Assembly (NCBI GenBank): GCA_965203415.1
Contig: CBDBCS010000006.1
Coordinates: forward strand, 1,378,394 to 1,442,393
Direction: 5' to 3'
Length of the DNA: 64,000 bases
DNA from: Alphaproteobacteria bacterium
GTDB taxonomy: Bacteria; Pseudomonadota; Alphaproteobacteria; CBDBCS01
In this document: positions 46,909 through 55,728 of the stretch, in pieces
How positions within the stretch are numbered: the stretch's first letter is position 1
Layout of the letters: each line of letters starts with the position of its first letter
Program-made: the position numbers and the translations under genes
Notes under the pieces: model-generated
What the model was told of the DNA's origin: nothing
Databases searched by the model: none
Seen by the model: only the letters and a program-made list of their open reading frames with translations

Positions 46909-48777
46909 ATGCCTGACCTACTCGAAGAACTCGAGGCCCTGCTCGCTCGAGACGAACGCTTCGTCCAGAACGGGCGCGTGATGAGGAATAAAGTCGTCAC
47001 AGAGGCCCTCAAGCTGGATAGAGGTCTCCTGGAGGCTCTTCTGGCGTCCGACCCTCTGAGACAAGCCTTTTTCGCCAAAGTCGGCGAGCTCTGGGTTTTT
47101 GACAAAGTCAAATTCACGCAATTTGTCCATCACAAAAGCTTCCTGCCAGACAGTTTTACAAGGTTCAAAAATAAAATAGGCCTCGGACAGAAAGACGTGC
47201 TGCTGTCCGAGCTGGATGAATTCGTGCTCCATTGGCCCTATAAGGACTGCACGCTGGAGGCCGGCCAGACGCGCCCCAACCAAAAACGAACCGAGTTCTT
47301 CTGGAATGAGCTCCTCGCCCGTTCAGAGCTGGACCTATTCCTGGAACCTAAAGTCCTGACCCATTTCAAACGCTTCTCTTCGAGCGGCGTGAGCGAGGTA
47401 GAAACGCTCTGCGACGACGATAATCTGGTGATCAAGGGCAATAATTTACTGGTTCTGCACACGCTCAAAAAGCGTTATGCGGGTCGAGTGAAACTCATTT
47501 ACATAGACCCGCCTTACAATACGGGTAAGGACAGTTTTCTCTACAACGATCATTTCCGGCACAGCACATGGTTGACGTTCATGAAAAATCGTCTCGAGCT
47601 CGCCCGGGACTTTTTGTCCAAAGAGGGCGTGATATTCGTGCAGTGCGACGACCACGAGCAGGCCTATCTCAAAGTGCTCATGGACGAGATCTTCGGGCGA
47701 GACCATTGTGTCGGTACGTTTCTGTGGAAGAAAAATAAAAGCGGGAATCAGAACACGCGTTATATGGCCCTCCAGCACGATTACATTCTGGCCTTCGTCA
47801 AAGAGAAAGGCCAGACACAATGGCGCGTCTCGTACACGCAAGAGGACCTCGCCGACTATAAAGAACGAGACGGGCAGGGGGTGTTCTACTGGAAGCCCGT
47901 CGCCCACGCCACAAGAGGCAAAACCCGAACGCTCTCGTATAGAGGCGAGACCCACCACATCGAAAAAAGTGTCTACGCCTCCGACACTTTGAAAGAACTC
48001 CTGGACCTCGGCGAGGCGTGTTTCCGGAAAAACAAGCACGGGGTGCAACAGCTGTACAAAAAACAGCGTTTGAAGAAAGGCACCTTGCCGTACTCTTTGA
48101 TGGACGCCAGGCGGTTCCCGATGAACGAGGACGCGAATAAAGAGCTCGCCGCCCTCTTCGGGGAGACCGCCGTTTTCGAGACCGCCAAGCCCGAATATCT
48201 CCTTTTCTATCTCATAGACATTGCGACGCGTCCCCAGGATCTTGTGATGGACTTTCATCTCGGGAGCGGCACCACGCTCGCCGTTGCGCACAAAATGGGG
48301 CGCCGCTATATCGGGGTCGAACAAATGGATTACATAGAACCCATTGTGGTCGAACGCATGAAAAAAGTCATCCAGGGCGAGCAGGGAGGCGTCTCCCCGC
48401 ACGCCTCTTGGCGCGGCGGCGGCGACTTCGTCTATTGTGAATTGATGGCTCTGAACCAGGCCTATGTCACGCGCATAGAAAGAGCCCGCTCGCATCCGGA
48501 ACTCTTGGCTTGTTGGGACGACCTCCTCCTGGAGGCGAAAGCGCATCTGAAATATCATCTGCGAAAGAGTCTGTTGAGAACTTCACGGGACGCCTTCGAG
48601 GCTCTGGCGTTTGAGGAAAAAAAACGCATGCTCCTAGAGCTTCTGGATAAAAACATGCTGTATGTGCCGCTCTCGTCTCTGGAGGACCAAGAGTATCGCA
48701 TAGAGGAACGCACAAAAAAACTGAACGCTTTTTTTGCCTCGTCTCCTTCCCCGCCGAGTCCGCCAGAAGCAACGTGA
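46909..48777 (+). CDS. mod: Type III restriction-modification system methyltransferase (Mod)
   Basis: 622 aa. It carries the catalytic motif IV 'LIYIDPPYNTG' and the AdoMet motif 'DFHLGSGTTLAVAHKMGRRYIGVEQ' in beta-class order. The N-terminus 'MPDLLEELEALLARDERF' is typical of Mod. Confidence 0.85.
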   Translation: MPDLLEELEALLARDERFVQNGRVMRNKVVTEALKLDRGLLEALLASDPLRQAFFAKVGELWVFDKVKFTQFVHHKSFLPDSFTRFKNKIGLGQKDVLLSELDEFVLHWPYKDCTLEAGQTRPNQKRTEFFWNELLARSELDLFLEPKVLTHFKRFSSSGVSEVETLCDDDNLVIKGNNLLVLHTLKKRYAGRVKLIYIDPPYNTGKDSFLYNDHFRHSTWLTFMKNRLELARDFLSKEGVIFVQCDDHEQAYLKVLMDEIFGRDHCVGTFLWKKNKSGNQNTRYMALQHDYILAFVKEKGQTQWRVSYTQEDLADYKERDGQGVFYWKPVAHATRGKTRTLSYRGETHHIEKSVYASDTLKELLDLGEACFRKNKHGVQQLYKKQRLKKGTLPYSLMDARRFPMNEDANKELAALFGETAVFETAKPEYLLFYLIDIATRPQDLVMDFHLGSGTTLAVAHKMGRRYIGVEQMDYIEPIVVERMKKVIQGEQGGVSPHASWRGGGDFVYCELMALNQAYVTRIERARSHPELLACWDDLLLEAKAHLKYHLRKSLLRTSRDAFEALAFEEKKRMLLELLDKNMLYVPLSSLEDQEYRIEERTKKLNAFFASSPSPPSPPEAT

Positions 48778-48821
48778 CCACCGAGGTGACCCGGGCCGCA
48801 TAAGGCTCCCCCCCCAAGACG

Positions 48822-51599
48822 ATGACCTATTCTCCCCGACCAGAGTCTCCCCTTTTCTTGGAGGAGCTCGCCCTTCAGGACCAGCTGGAAAGGCGTTTTG
48901 GAAGAGACCCCATCGCTCGAGTCCCGCTGCCAACGTGCATACGTAAAAACTTAAATCCTCGGTTTGTTTTGCGCGCCTATCAGATCGATGCGTTGCAACT
49001 TTATCTGACGTATTGGCGTTATGTTTTAGCGCCGGCTCTTCCTGCTGCCGGCGCCGGAGACCCGGCCGGAGATCCGGCCGGGCCGCCGCTGGCGGCCTCG
49101 AGTCGTCATGTCTTGTTTCAGATGGCCACAGGCAGCGGTAAGACGCTGATTATGGCGAGCCTCCTTTTGCACCTCTACGAACAGGGCTATCGGAACTTCC
49201 TCTTTTTCGTCCATAGCACAGACATTCTTGAACAAACGAAAAGCCTCTTTTTGGATGCCGGTTCGGACAAATATCTTTTCGCGGACAAGGTCACCATGGC
49301 AGGCCGTCCTGTTGGGCTCAGAGCGGTCAAGACGCTTCCGTCGGTCGCCGCCTCTGATGGTTCGCAAGAGCCCGCCAATCTGCTTTTTTGCACAGTTCAA
49401 GAGCTCCACAATATCGTTTCGGTCTCTCGAGAAAACCGCCTAACGTTGGACGATTTCGAGACCCATAAATGGGCTGTTTTTTCGGACGAAGCGCACCACA
49501 CCAACACAGAAACAAAGCGCGGGCCAGGACGCCCGACCTCCCTCAGGCATCCCAGCTGGGAGCACACCGTCCAGAAAATCACCACCCACCCCGAGACACT
49601 CTTGTTTGAGTTCACCGCAACGATGCTGCTCAACAATCCCGAGCTCTTAGAGAAATATCGCCCTAAACTCATTTTTGACTATGCCCTTGCGAAGTTTTGC
49701 AAGGCCCGCTTTTCCAAAAACATCCGCGTGTTGCAATGGGACAGTCCGCCTCTGGAGCGGGCCTTGCTGGCCGTCCTCTTGAGTCAGTACCGAAAAAAAC
49801 TTTTCGAGACTCAAGGGCTCTCGGTCAAACCCGTCTTGCTTTTCAAATCCGAGACGATTCGAGAAAGCCAATCTTTTTATGCTCTTTTTTCTGAGAGACT
49901 CAGAAAGGTGACGTCTGCCGAGCTGTCTCGGCTTCGAGCCATGACCCACGAGGCCCCGACAACGGACCCCATTCTGGAAACCATGTTCCGGTTCTTCGAA
50001 ACGCATCAGATTGATTTGGATAATCTCGCCCTTGAATTGCGAGAAGACTTCGCCGAGTCCCGATGGCTGCTGATACACAGCCAGGCCGAGTCTGTCGAAA
50101 AACGACGCGCCCTCAAAAACCTAGAGCACCCGACGAACCCCTATCGGCTTATTGTCGCTGTCGATAAGCTCAGCGAGGGCTGGGATGTTTTGAATCTATT
50201 CGATATTGTCCGAGTTTCGCTCGGGGGTTCAAGCCGGTGGACTCAAAACAAGAGTCAGAAAATCACAACGCGCGAGGCTCAATTAATCGGTCGAGGCGCC
50301 CGCTATTATCCCTTTGCCTTCACGGAAGACCAGGACCCCTTTCGTCGCAAATTCGATGCGGACCCCGAGCATGAGCTCCGTCTTTGCGAGACGCTCTACT
50401 ACCACAGCCCGCGGGACTCGGCGTATATTGCCGCCTTATCGGATGCTATGAAAGGCTTGGGTCTTGTGGGGTTTCTCCCGCCGGCTCCGGAGAAAATGAC
50501 CCTCAAGCCGGATTTCAAAAAGAGGGCGTTTTATCAAAAGGGCGTCCTCTTTCTCAATGGGGCCGTGGCGTGTCCGCGCCAAGAGAAACACGCTTTCTAT
50601 CAGGACCTGATTATTTCGTTTCACTTTGACATTCCCTTGCTGACGTATGCGGGGCGCACCGACGATCTTTTGGGCCAGACAAAGACGCTCCAGATCACCC
50701 GCGCCGAAAAGTCTCTGTCCGGTTTTTCCGATGCGGTTATTCACAAGGCTCTCTGCCGGAATGGGTTTTACCATTTTTCATCTCTGAGGCGTTATCTGCC
50801 GTGTCTGACCTCCATCCGAGAATTCATCACGAGTCGGACGTATCTCGGCAAGGTTAAAGTCCGATTGACGGGGACTTACGAGCGTCTCCAGAATCTCACG
50901 CCCGATGACGAGCTCTATGCGGTCGAGTGCTATCTGCACCGGCTCGAGCAGACTTTTACGCGCCGCATCCTCTCGCGTCAGGGGAGTCCCGTGTTTTCAC
51001 CCCGGCGCGTCCGAGACATCTTTCACGATAAAATTATGCACGCGCCGTCTTCGGCCGCCCCGCCCCCCGCTCCGTTGCCGCCGCCGCCTGGCCATTCGGA
51101 AGCGTCCCACACCTGGTATGTCTTCAACGAGGGACGCCACGTGGCGTGGCTCTCGGCGGTGGAGCAGGCCTTTCTGAAATACTTCGAAGCCCAGGCCACG
51201 GCGCTCCAAAAAAAATACGCCGAAGTGTATGTCATCCGAAATGAAGGCTTCTTCAAACTGTATCAGTTCGAGGACGGGCGCGTCTTCGAACCGGATTTTC
51301 TACTCTATCTGAGACAAGAGCACAACCAGACCTCGACCCATTACCAGGTCTTTATAGAAGCCAAAGGCGAGCACCTGATCGGAACAGAAAAATGGAAAGA
51401 AGAATTCCTGCTCGCCCTAGAAGCCCGAGCTCAAGTCCAAGCTCAAGTCGGGGGGCAACCCGAGGTCCAACCCGGCCCTCAATCCCGGGCAGAGCCGCAA
51501 AAACACCAGTATGTTCTCCTCGGCCTCCCCTTTTACAGAGAACACCAGAGCCGACCCATAGGGCCCTTCTGCGAAACCTTCGAGAAGCGTTTTCTCTGA
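48822..51599 (+). CDS. res: Type III restriction endonuclease subunit (Res)
   Basis: 925 aa. It has SF2 helicase motif I 'QMATGSGKTLIMA' and motif II 'VFSDEAHHTN', plus a C-terminal endonuclease region. It begins 44 nt downstream of mod. Confidence 0.85.
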   Translation: MTYSPRPESPLFLEELALQDQLERRFGRDPIARVPLPTCIRKNLNPRFVLRAYQIDALQLYLTYWRYVLAPALPAAGAGDPAGDPAGPPLAASSRHVLFQMATGSGKTLIMASLLLHLYEQGYRNFLFFVHSTDILEQTKSLFLDAGSDKYLFADKVTMAGRPVGLRAVKTLPSVAASDGSQEPANLLFCTVQELHNIVSVSRENRLTLDDFETHKWAVFSDEAHHTNTETKRGPGRPTSLRHPSWEHTVQKITTHPETLLFEFTATMLLNNPELLEKYRPKLIFDYALAKFCKARFSKNIRVLQWDSPPLERALLAVLLSQYRKKLFETQGLSVKPVLLFKSETIRESQSFYALFSERLRKVTSAELSRLRAMTHEAPTTDPILETMFRFFETHQIDLDNLALELREDFAESRWLLIHSQAESVEKRRALKNLEHPTNPYRLIVAVDKLSEGWDVLNLFDIVRVSLGGSSRWTQNKSQKITTREAQLIGRGARYYPFAFTEDQDPFRRKFDADPEHELRLCETLYYHSPRDSAYIAALSDAMKGLGLVGFLPPAPEKMTLKPDFKKRAFYQKGVLFLNGAVACPRQEKHAFYQDLIISFHFDIPLLTYAGRTDDLLGQTKTLQITRAEKSLSGFSDAVIHKALCRNGFYHFSSLRRYLPCLTSIREFITSRTYLGKVKVRLTGTYERLQNLTPDDELYAVECYLHRLEQTFTRRILSRQGSPVFSPRRVRDIFHDKIMHAPSSAAPPPAPLPPPPGHSEASHTWYVFNEGRHVAWLSAVEQAFLKYFEAQATALQKKYAEVYVIRNEGFFKLYQFEDGRVFEPDFLLYLRQEHNQTSTHYQVFIEAKGEHLIGTEKWKEEFLLALEARAQVQAQVGGQPEVQPGPQSRAEPQKHQYVLLGLPFYREHQSRPIGPFCETFEKRFL

Positions 51600-51846
51600 G
51601 GCTCGAGGCTTCCGCCGCCGGCTTCCGCCTTTCTGCCGTCGTGACGGTACAGCCGGTACCATTATAGCACAACTCGTGAGAGCAGGAATACTGCTTTTGA
51701 GCGAATTTAAGTAAAGTTTATTTGATTTGTGTTTTATGCCCCTCGTGTTATCCTCGAGGAGGTTGGGTTGCAGAGGCCGTTTTTGAGAGGGGAGAGACTC
51801 GAGAAGATCCTTTTTTAGCAACCTGTCTATAGCGTTTCTTCCGACT

Positions 51847-51882
51847 GGCGCCTGTCCGAATACGGCAGGCGCCCTTTTTTTC
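51847..51882 (+). terminator. Rho-independent terminator
   Basis: The GC stem ggcgcctg / caggcgcc is extended by ccg/cgg, has an AATA loop, and is followed by TTTTTTT. Confidence 0.7.
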
Positions 51883-51913
51883 GCTTTTTTCGCGAGGAGA
51901 CCAGATCACCAGA

Positions 51914-52576
51914 TCACCGGAAATGCACCGCAAAACGGAGGCTCTGGGCAATGAGAAAGGGCCCGCCTCCGACTAAAACGAGCATGAAAGCCGCTAAAAG
52001 CATGAGCTGAGGCCCCATCTCTCCGCCTTGTCGGGCGGTCTCTATAATCAGCAGGCTGAACAACAAAGGCGGTATCAAAAGAGGGAACCCCAACAGCCCC
52101 GCTAGAGGACTGGAAGGCGTGAGGGCTAACGTCAGACTCGCCGCGAAAAGGCCCGTGATCAAAAGAATCGGCACCACAAAAAGAAGGCAAAAACACAGGA
52201 GAAGAATGTGCGGAACAGGCAAAGCCAACATCATCCCCGCGACAGGGACAGCAAGTAAAACAGGAACTCCCAGGGTCAGGCTGCAACTGATGAATTTCGC
52301 CCACACCACGCCATAGAGCGGGAAACCATAGGCGAAAAGAGCCTCAAGCGTGCCGTCGCGTCGGTCTTCGTCAAAGGCGCGCTCCACGGCAAGCACGAGG
52401 CTCAAAGCGACAAGAAGCCAGATCAAATAAGGTGCGAAAAAAGAAAACGCCTCGAGGCGATACCCAAAGGTCTGCCGAAACAAGGTCAGCGCGAGAAGAA
52501 AAAAACCCAGCGTCGCAAAGAGCTCGTGGCGTTTTTCGCGTTGCTCGCGCAGATAAAGACCGACCAGGTGCCACAT
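51914..52576 (-). CDS. ccmB: Heme exporter protein B (cytochrome c maturation)
   Basis: 220-aa membrane protein with six TM segments and the motif 'AVERAFDEDRRDGTLEAL' typical of CcmB. Confidence 0.85.
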   Translation of the reverse strand: MWHLVGLYLREQREKRHELFATLGFFLLALTLFRQTFGYRLEAFSFFAPYLIWLLVALSLVLAVERAFDEDRRDGTLEALFAYGFPLYGVVWAKFISCSLTLGVPVLLAVPVAGMMLALPVPHILLLCFCLLFVVPILLITGLFAASLTLALTPSSPLAGLLGFPLLIPPLLFSLLIIETARQGGEMGPQLMLLAAFMLVLVGGGPFLIAQSLRFAVHFR

Positions 52577-52610
52577 GCTGCGTTCTCCCGTAGGCTCTTT
52601 GAGAGAGGGT

Positions 52611-54951
52611 CCCCGCTCGCCCCCGCCAGAGGCACCGCCAGAACGGCCCCCGCCCCCGGCGGACTATCCATCCGACCAGCCCTCGCTAGAGGCACCGTCA
52701 GAACGGCCCCAGCCCCCGGCGGACTATCCGACCAGCCCTCGCTCCCCGTCGCCAGAGGCACCGCCAGAACCCAGCTGGAACCCGCTTGACCCTCTGTATG
52801 GGCTCCCGCTTCCCACCGCCAGAGGCACCGCCAGAACGGCCCCAGCCACCGGCGGACTATCCGACCAGCCCCCGCTCCTCACCGCCAGAATTGTCGGTTG
52901 ACAAGGCCGGCCAGTTTCCGGGGCCCCGCTCCTCACCGCCAGAGGAGCCGACAGAATACTCGTGCAGCACACGAGGACATGCTGTTTGTCCCTGCTCCCC
53001 GCCGTCAGAGGAACCTCCAGAACTCCAGCTGGACCACGCTCGCCCTCTGTATGGGGCCCCGCTCCTCACCGCCAGAGGAGCTGACAGAATACTCGTGCAG
53101 CACACGAGGACATGCTGTTTGCCCCTGCTCCCCGCCGTCAGAGGAACCTCCAGAACTCCAGCTGGAACCCGCTTGACCCTCTGTATGGGCTCCCGCTTCC
53201 CACCGCCAGAGGCATCGTCAGAACCAGCTGGACCATGCTCGCCCCTCTGTATGGGGCCCCGCTCCTCACCGCCAGAGGAGCTGACAGAATACTCGTGCAG
53301 CACACGAGGACATGCTATTTGCCCCCGCTCCCCGCCGTCAGAGGCATCGCCGGAACCCAGCTGGACCACGCTCGCCCCTCTGTATGGGCCCCCGCTCCCC
53401 ACCGCCAGAGGAGCTGACAGAATACTCGTGCAGCACACGAGGACATGCTGTTTGCCCCCGCTCCCCACCGTCAGAGGCACCGCCAGAACCCAGCTGGAAC
53501 TCGCTCGTCCCTCTGTATGGGTCCTCGTTTTCCACCGCCAGAGGCACCGCCAGAACCCAGCTGGAACCCGCTTGACCCTCTGTATGGGCTCCCGCTTCCC
53601 ACCGCCAGAGGCATCGTCAGAACCAGCTGGACCATGCTCGCCCCTCTGTATGGGGCCCCGCTCCTCAACGCCAGAGGAGCTGACAGAATACTCGTGCAGC
53701 ACACGAGGACATGCTGTTTGCCCCCGCTCCCCGTCGCCCGAGGCACCGCCAGAACTGACCGTAACTCAGTCCCTTGTGCGTGACAGCTCCCGCTCCTCAC
53801 CGCCAGAGGCACCGCCAGAACTCCAGCTGGACCACGCTCGCCCTCTGTATGGGGCTCCCACTCTTCACCGCCAGAGGCACCGCCGGAACCTTGACGCTCG
53901 AAATCAGGGGGGCGGGCTTGCCCTCGCTCTCCGCCGCCCGAGGCACCACCAGAACCCAGCTGGAACCCGCTCGTCCCTCTGTATGGGTCCCCGTTTTCCA
54001 CCGCCAGAGGCGCCGCTAGAAGGCCCCAGCCCCCGCTCCTCACCGCCAGAGGCATCGCCAGAATACTCGTGTAGCACACGCGAACATGCTGTCTGCCCTT
54101 GCTTTCTACCGCCAGAAGCACCGCCAAAACGGCCCCAGCCACCGGCGGACTATCCGACCAGCCCTCGCTCCCCGCCGCCAGAGACACCGCCAGAACGGCC
54201 CCAGCCACCGGCGGACTATCCGACCAGCCCTCGCTCCTCACCGCCAGAGGCACCGCCAGAACTGACCGTAACTCAGTCCCTTGTGCGTGACAGCTCCCGC
54301 TCCTCACCGCCAGAATTGTCGGTTGACAAGGCCAGCCAGTTTCCGGGGCCCCGCTCCTCAACGCCAGAGGAGCCGACAGAATACTCGTGCAGCACACGCG
54401 AACATGCTGTCTGCCCCCGCTCCTCGCCGCCCGAGGCACCGCCAGAACAGCCCCAGCCCCCGGCGGACTATCCGACCAGCCCTCGCTCCCCGTCGCCCGA
54501 GGCACCGCCAGAACCCAGATGGAACCCGCTTGACCCTCTGTATGGGCTCCCGCTTCCCACCGCCAGAGGCACCGTCAGAACGGCCCCAGCCACCGGCGGA
54601 CTATCCGACCAGCCCCCGCTCCCCGTCGCCAGAGGCACCGTCAGAACGGCCCCAGCCACCGGCGGACTATCCGAGCAGCTCCCGCTCGCCCCGTCAGAGG
54701 CACCGCCAGAACCCAGCTGGAACACGCTCGCCCTCTGTATGGGCCCCCGCTTCCCACCGCCGGAACCCAGCTGGAACACGCTTGACCCTCTGTATGGCCC
54801 CCGCTTCCCGTCGCCAGAGGCACCGCCAGAACGGCCCCAGCCACCGGCGGACTATCCGACCAGCCCCCGCTCTCTACCGCCAGAGGCACCGCCAGAACTG
54901 ACCGTAACTCAGTCCCTTGTGCGTGACAGCTCCCGCTCCTCACCGCCAGAA
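52611..54951. repeat. Modular ~66-bp minisatellite array (about 36 units): a ~33-nt core alternating with about six recurring ~33-nt modules
   Basis: The core CCCGCTCCTCACCGCCAGAGGCACCGCCAGAAC has a perfect copy at 53789-53821. The modules, with example positions, are A ggccccagccaccggcggactatccgaccagc (52838-52869), B ccagctggaacccgcttgaccctctgtatgggct (52771-52804), C tgaccgtaactcagtcccttgtgcgtgacagct (53756-53788), D ttgtcggttgacaaggccggccagtttccggggc (52891-52924), E (45 nt, after a 21-nt short core; 52946-52990) and F (53890-53922). Confidence 0.9.
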
Positions 54952-54964
54952 TAGGCCGGGAGGA

Positions 54965-55474
54965 CTAGCCGATAGACACAGACGCCGGCTCAGACGCCGG
55001 CCCTGGCGTCGGCCCGGGCGGTTCCGCCGCCGAGCTCGCCGCAGATGGCACGCCGTCCGGCTGGCTGTCGCTCTTTCCGGCGGCGGCGGCGGGACTTTTG
55101 CCAGAGGCACTCTTCCCGGGCGCATGCTTGCCGGCGGCGGCGGCGGCCTTTTTCACGCTCGAGCTAACGCCCGAGGCGCGCGTTGTCTCTCCTTGTTTGG
55201 TTTTCTTTTCGATCTCGGTTTTGAGGCTCTGTCCTTTTTTCGTCAATTTACGGACAGGCATGTTCCGGAGATACGCATCCAGACCGCCCGCAAAATCGAC
55301 CGTGCGGAGCGTCCGCGTCGGCAGGCGCAAGCGCACAATGCGACTCAAGGCCTCTGAGCGCAACCGCACCGCCTGAATGTTCGGCAGGAAGTGCCGCAGC
55401 GTCTTGTTCTGCGCGTGGCTCACCTTGTGACCCTTGAGAGCCCCTTTACCCGTAAGTTCGCATCGTCGAGCCAT
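54965..55474 (-). CDS. rpmB: 50S ribosomal protein L28 with a ~65-aa low-complexity C-terminal extension
   Basis: The sequence 'MARRCELTGKGALKGHKVSHAQNKTLRHFLPNIQ' is the L28 signature. The ORF continues to 169 aa through an Ala/Lys/Ser/Pro-rich tail. Confidence 0.85.
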   Translation of the reverse strand: MARRCELTGKGALKGHKVSHAQNKTLRHFLPNIQAVRLRSEALSRIVRLRLPTRTLRTVDFAGGLDAYLRNMPVRKLTKKGQSLKTEIEKKTKQGETTRASGVSSSVKKAAAAAGKHAPGKSASGKSPAAAAGKSDSQPDGVPSAASSAAEPPGPTPGPASEPASVSIG

Positions 55475-55728
55475 GGTGGTGTTCTTCTCTTCTTGAAAAA
55501 AAGGCTTCGGTTTGGAAGGGCTCTAAACGAGCCCCCCAGGCCTGGGCCGGCACTTTGCCGGAAATGGGCCTCTTTGTCAAGCCCTGCGTGTACCTGCGTG
55601 TAACCGACGGGTGCCAGTTGTACGCCCAGTTGCACGCTTGCGTTTTCGCCTCGATTCGTGCTAGCCCTGGAGTCCAGCCCCCCCCTAGGGTTCAGAGAGG
55701 ATTCAGATAGGATTCAGAGCAAAATACG

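Noticed and set aside
48616-48735. Homopolymer tracts (A8 at about 48618-48625; A7 and T7 at about 48714-48733) in mod as phase-variation switches.
   Set aside because: The tracts are short and lie near the 3' end of mod, after all the catalytic motifs. Slippage there would not give an on/off switch of the kind seen in phase-variable Type III mod genes.
52611-54951. A bona fide CRISPR array.
   Set aside because: The period (about 66 bp) and the repeat and spacer sizes fit a CRISPR array. However, the 'spacers' belong to only about six families, each reused up to about 13 times. The core is variably truncated and degenerate. There is no AT-rich leader, and no cas genes are visible in this window.
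52786-54954. A 722-aa proline-rich ORF (PPEAPPERPQPPADYPTSPRS...) spanning the repeat array, plus long ORFs in other frames and on the opposite strand.
   Set aside because: The same DNA modules are read in different frames within this one ORF. Module A gives both 'PPADYPTSPRS' and 'ATGGLSDQPPL'. Module B gives both 'PSWNPLDPLYGLPLP' and 'PAGTRLTLCMGSRFP'. Several frames on both strands are open simply because the GC-rich units lack stop codons. There is no convincing start or RBS. This is best explained as non-coding repeat DNA, although proteomics could overturn that view.
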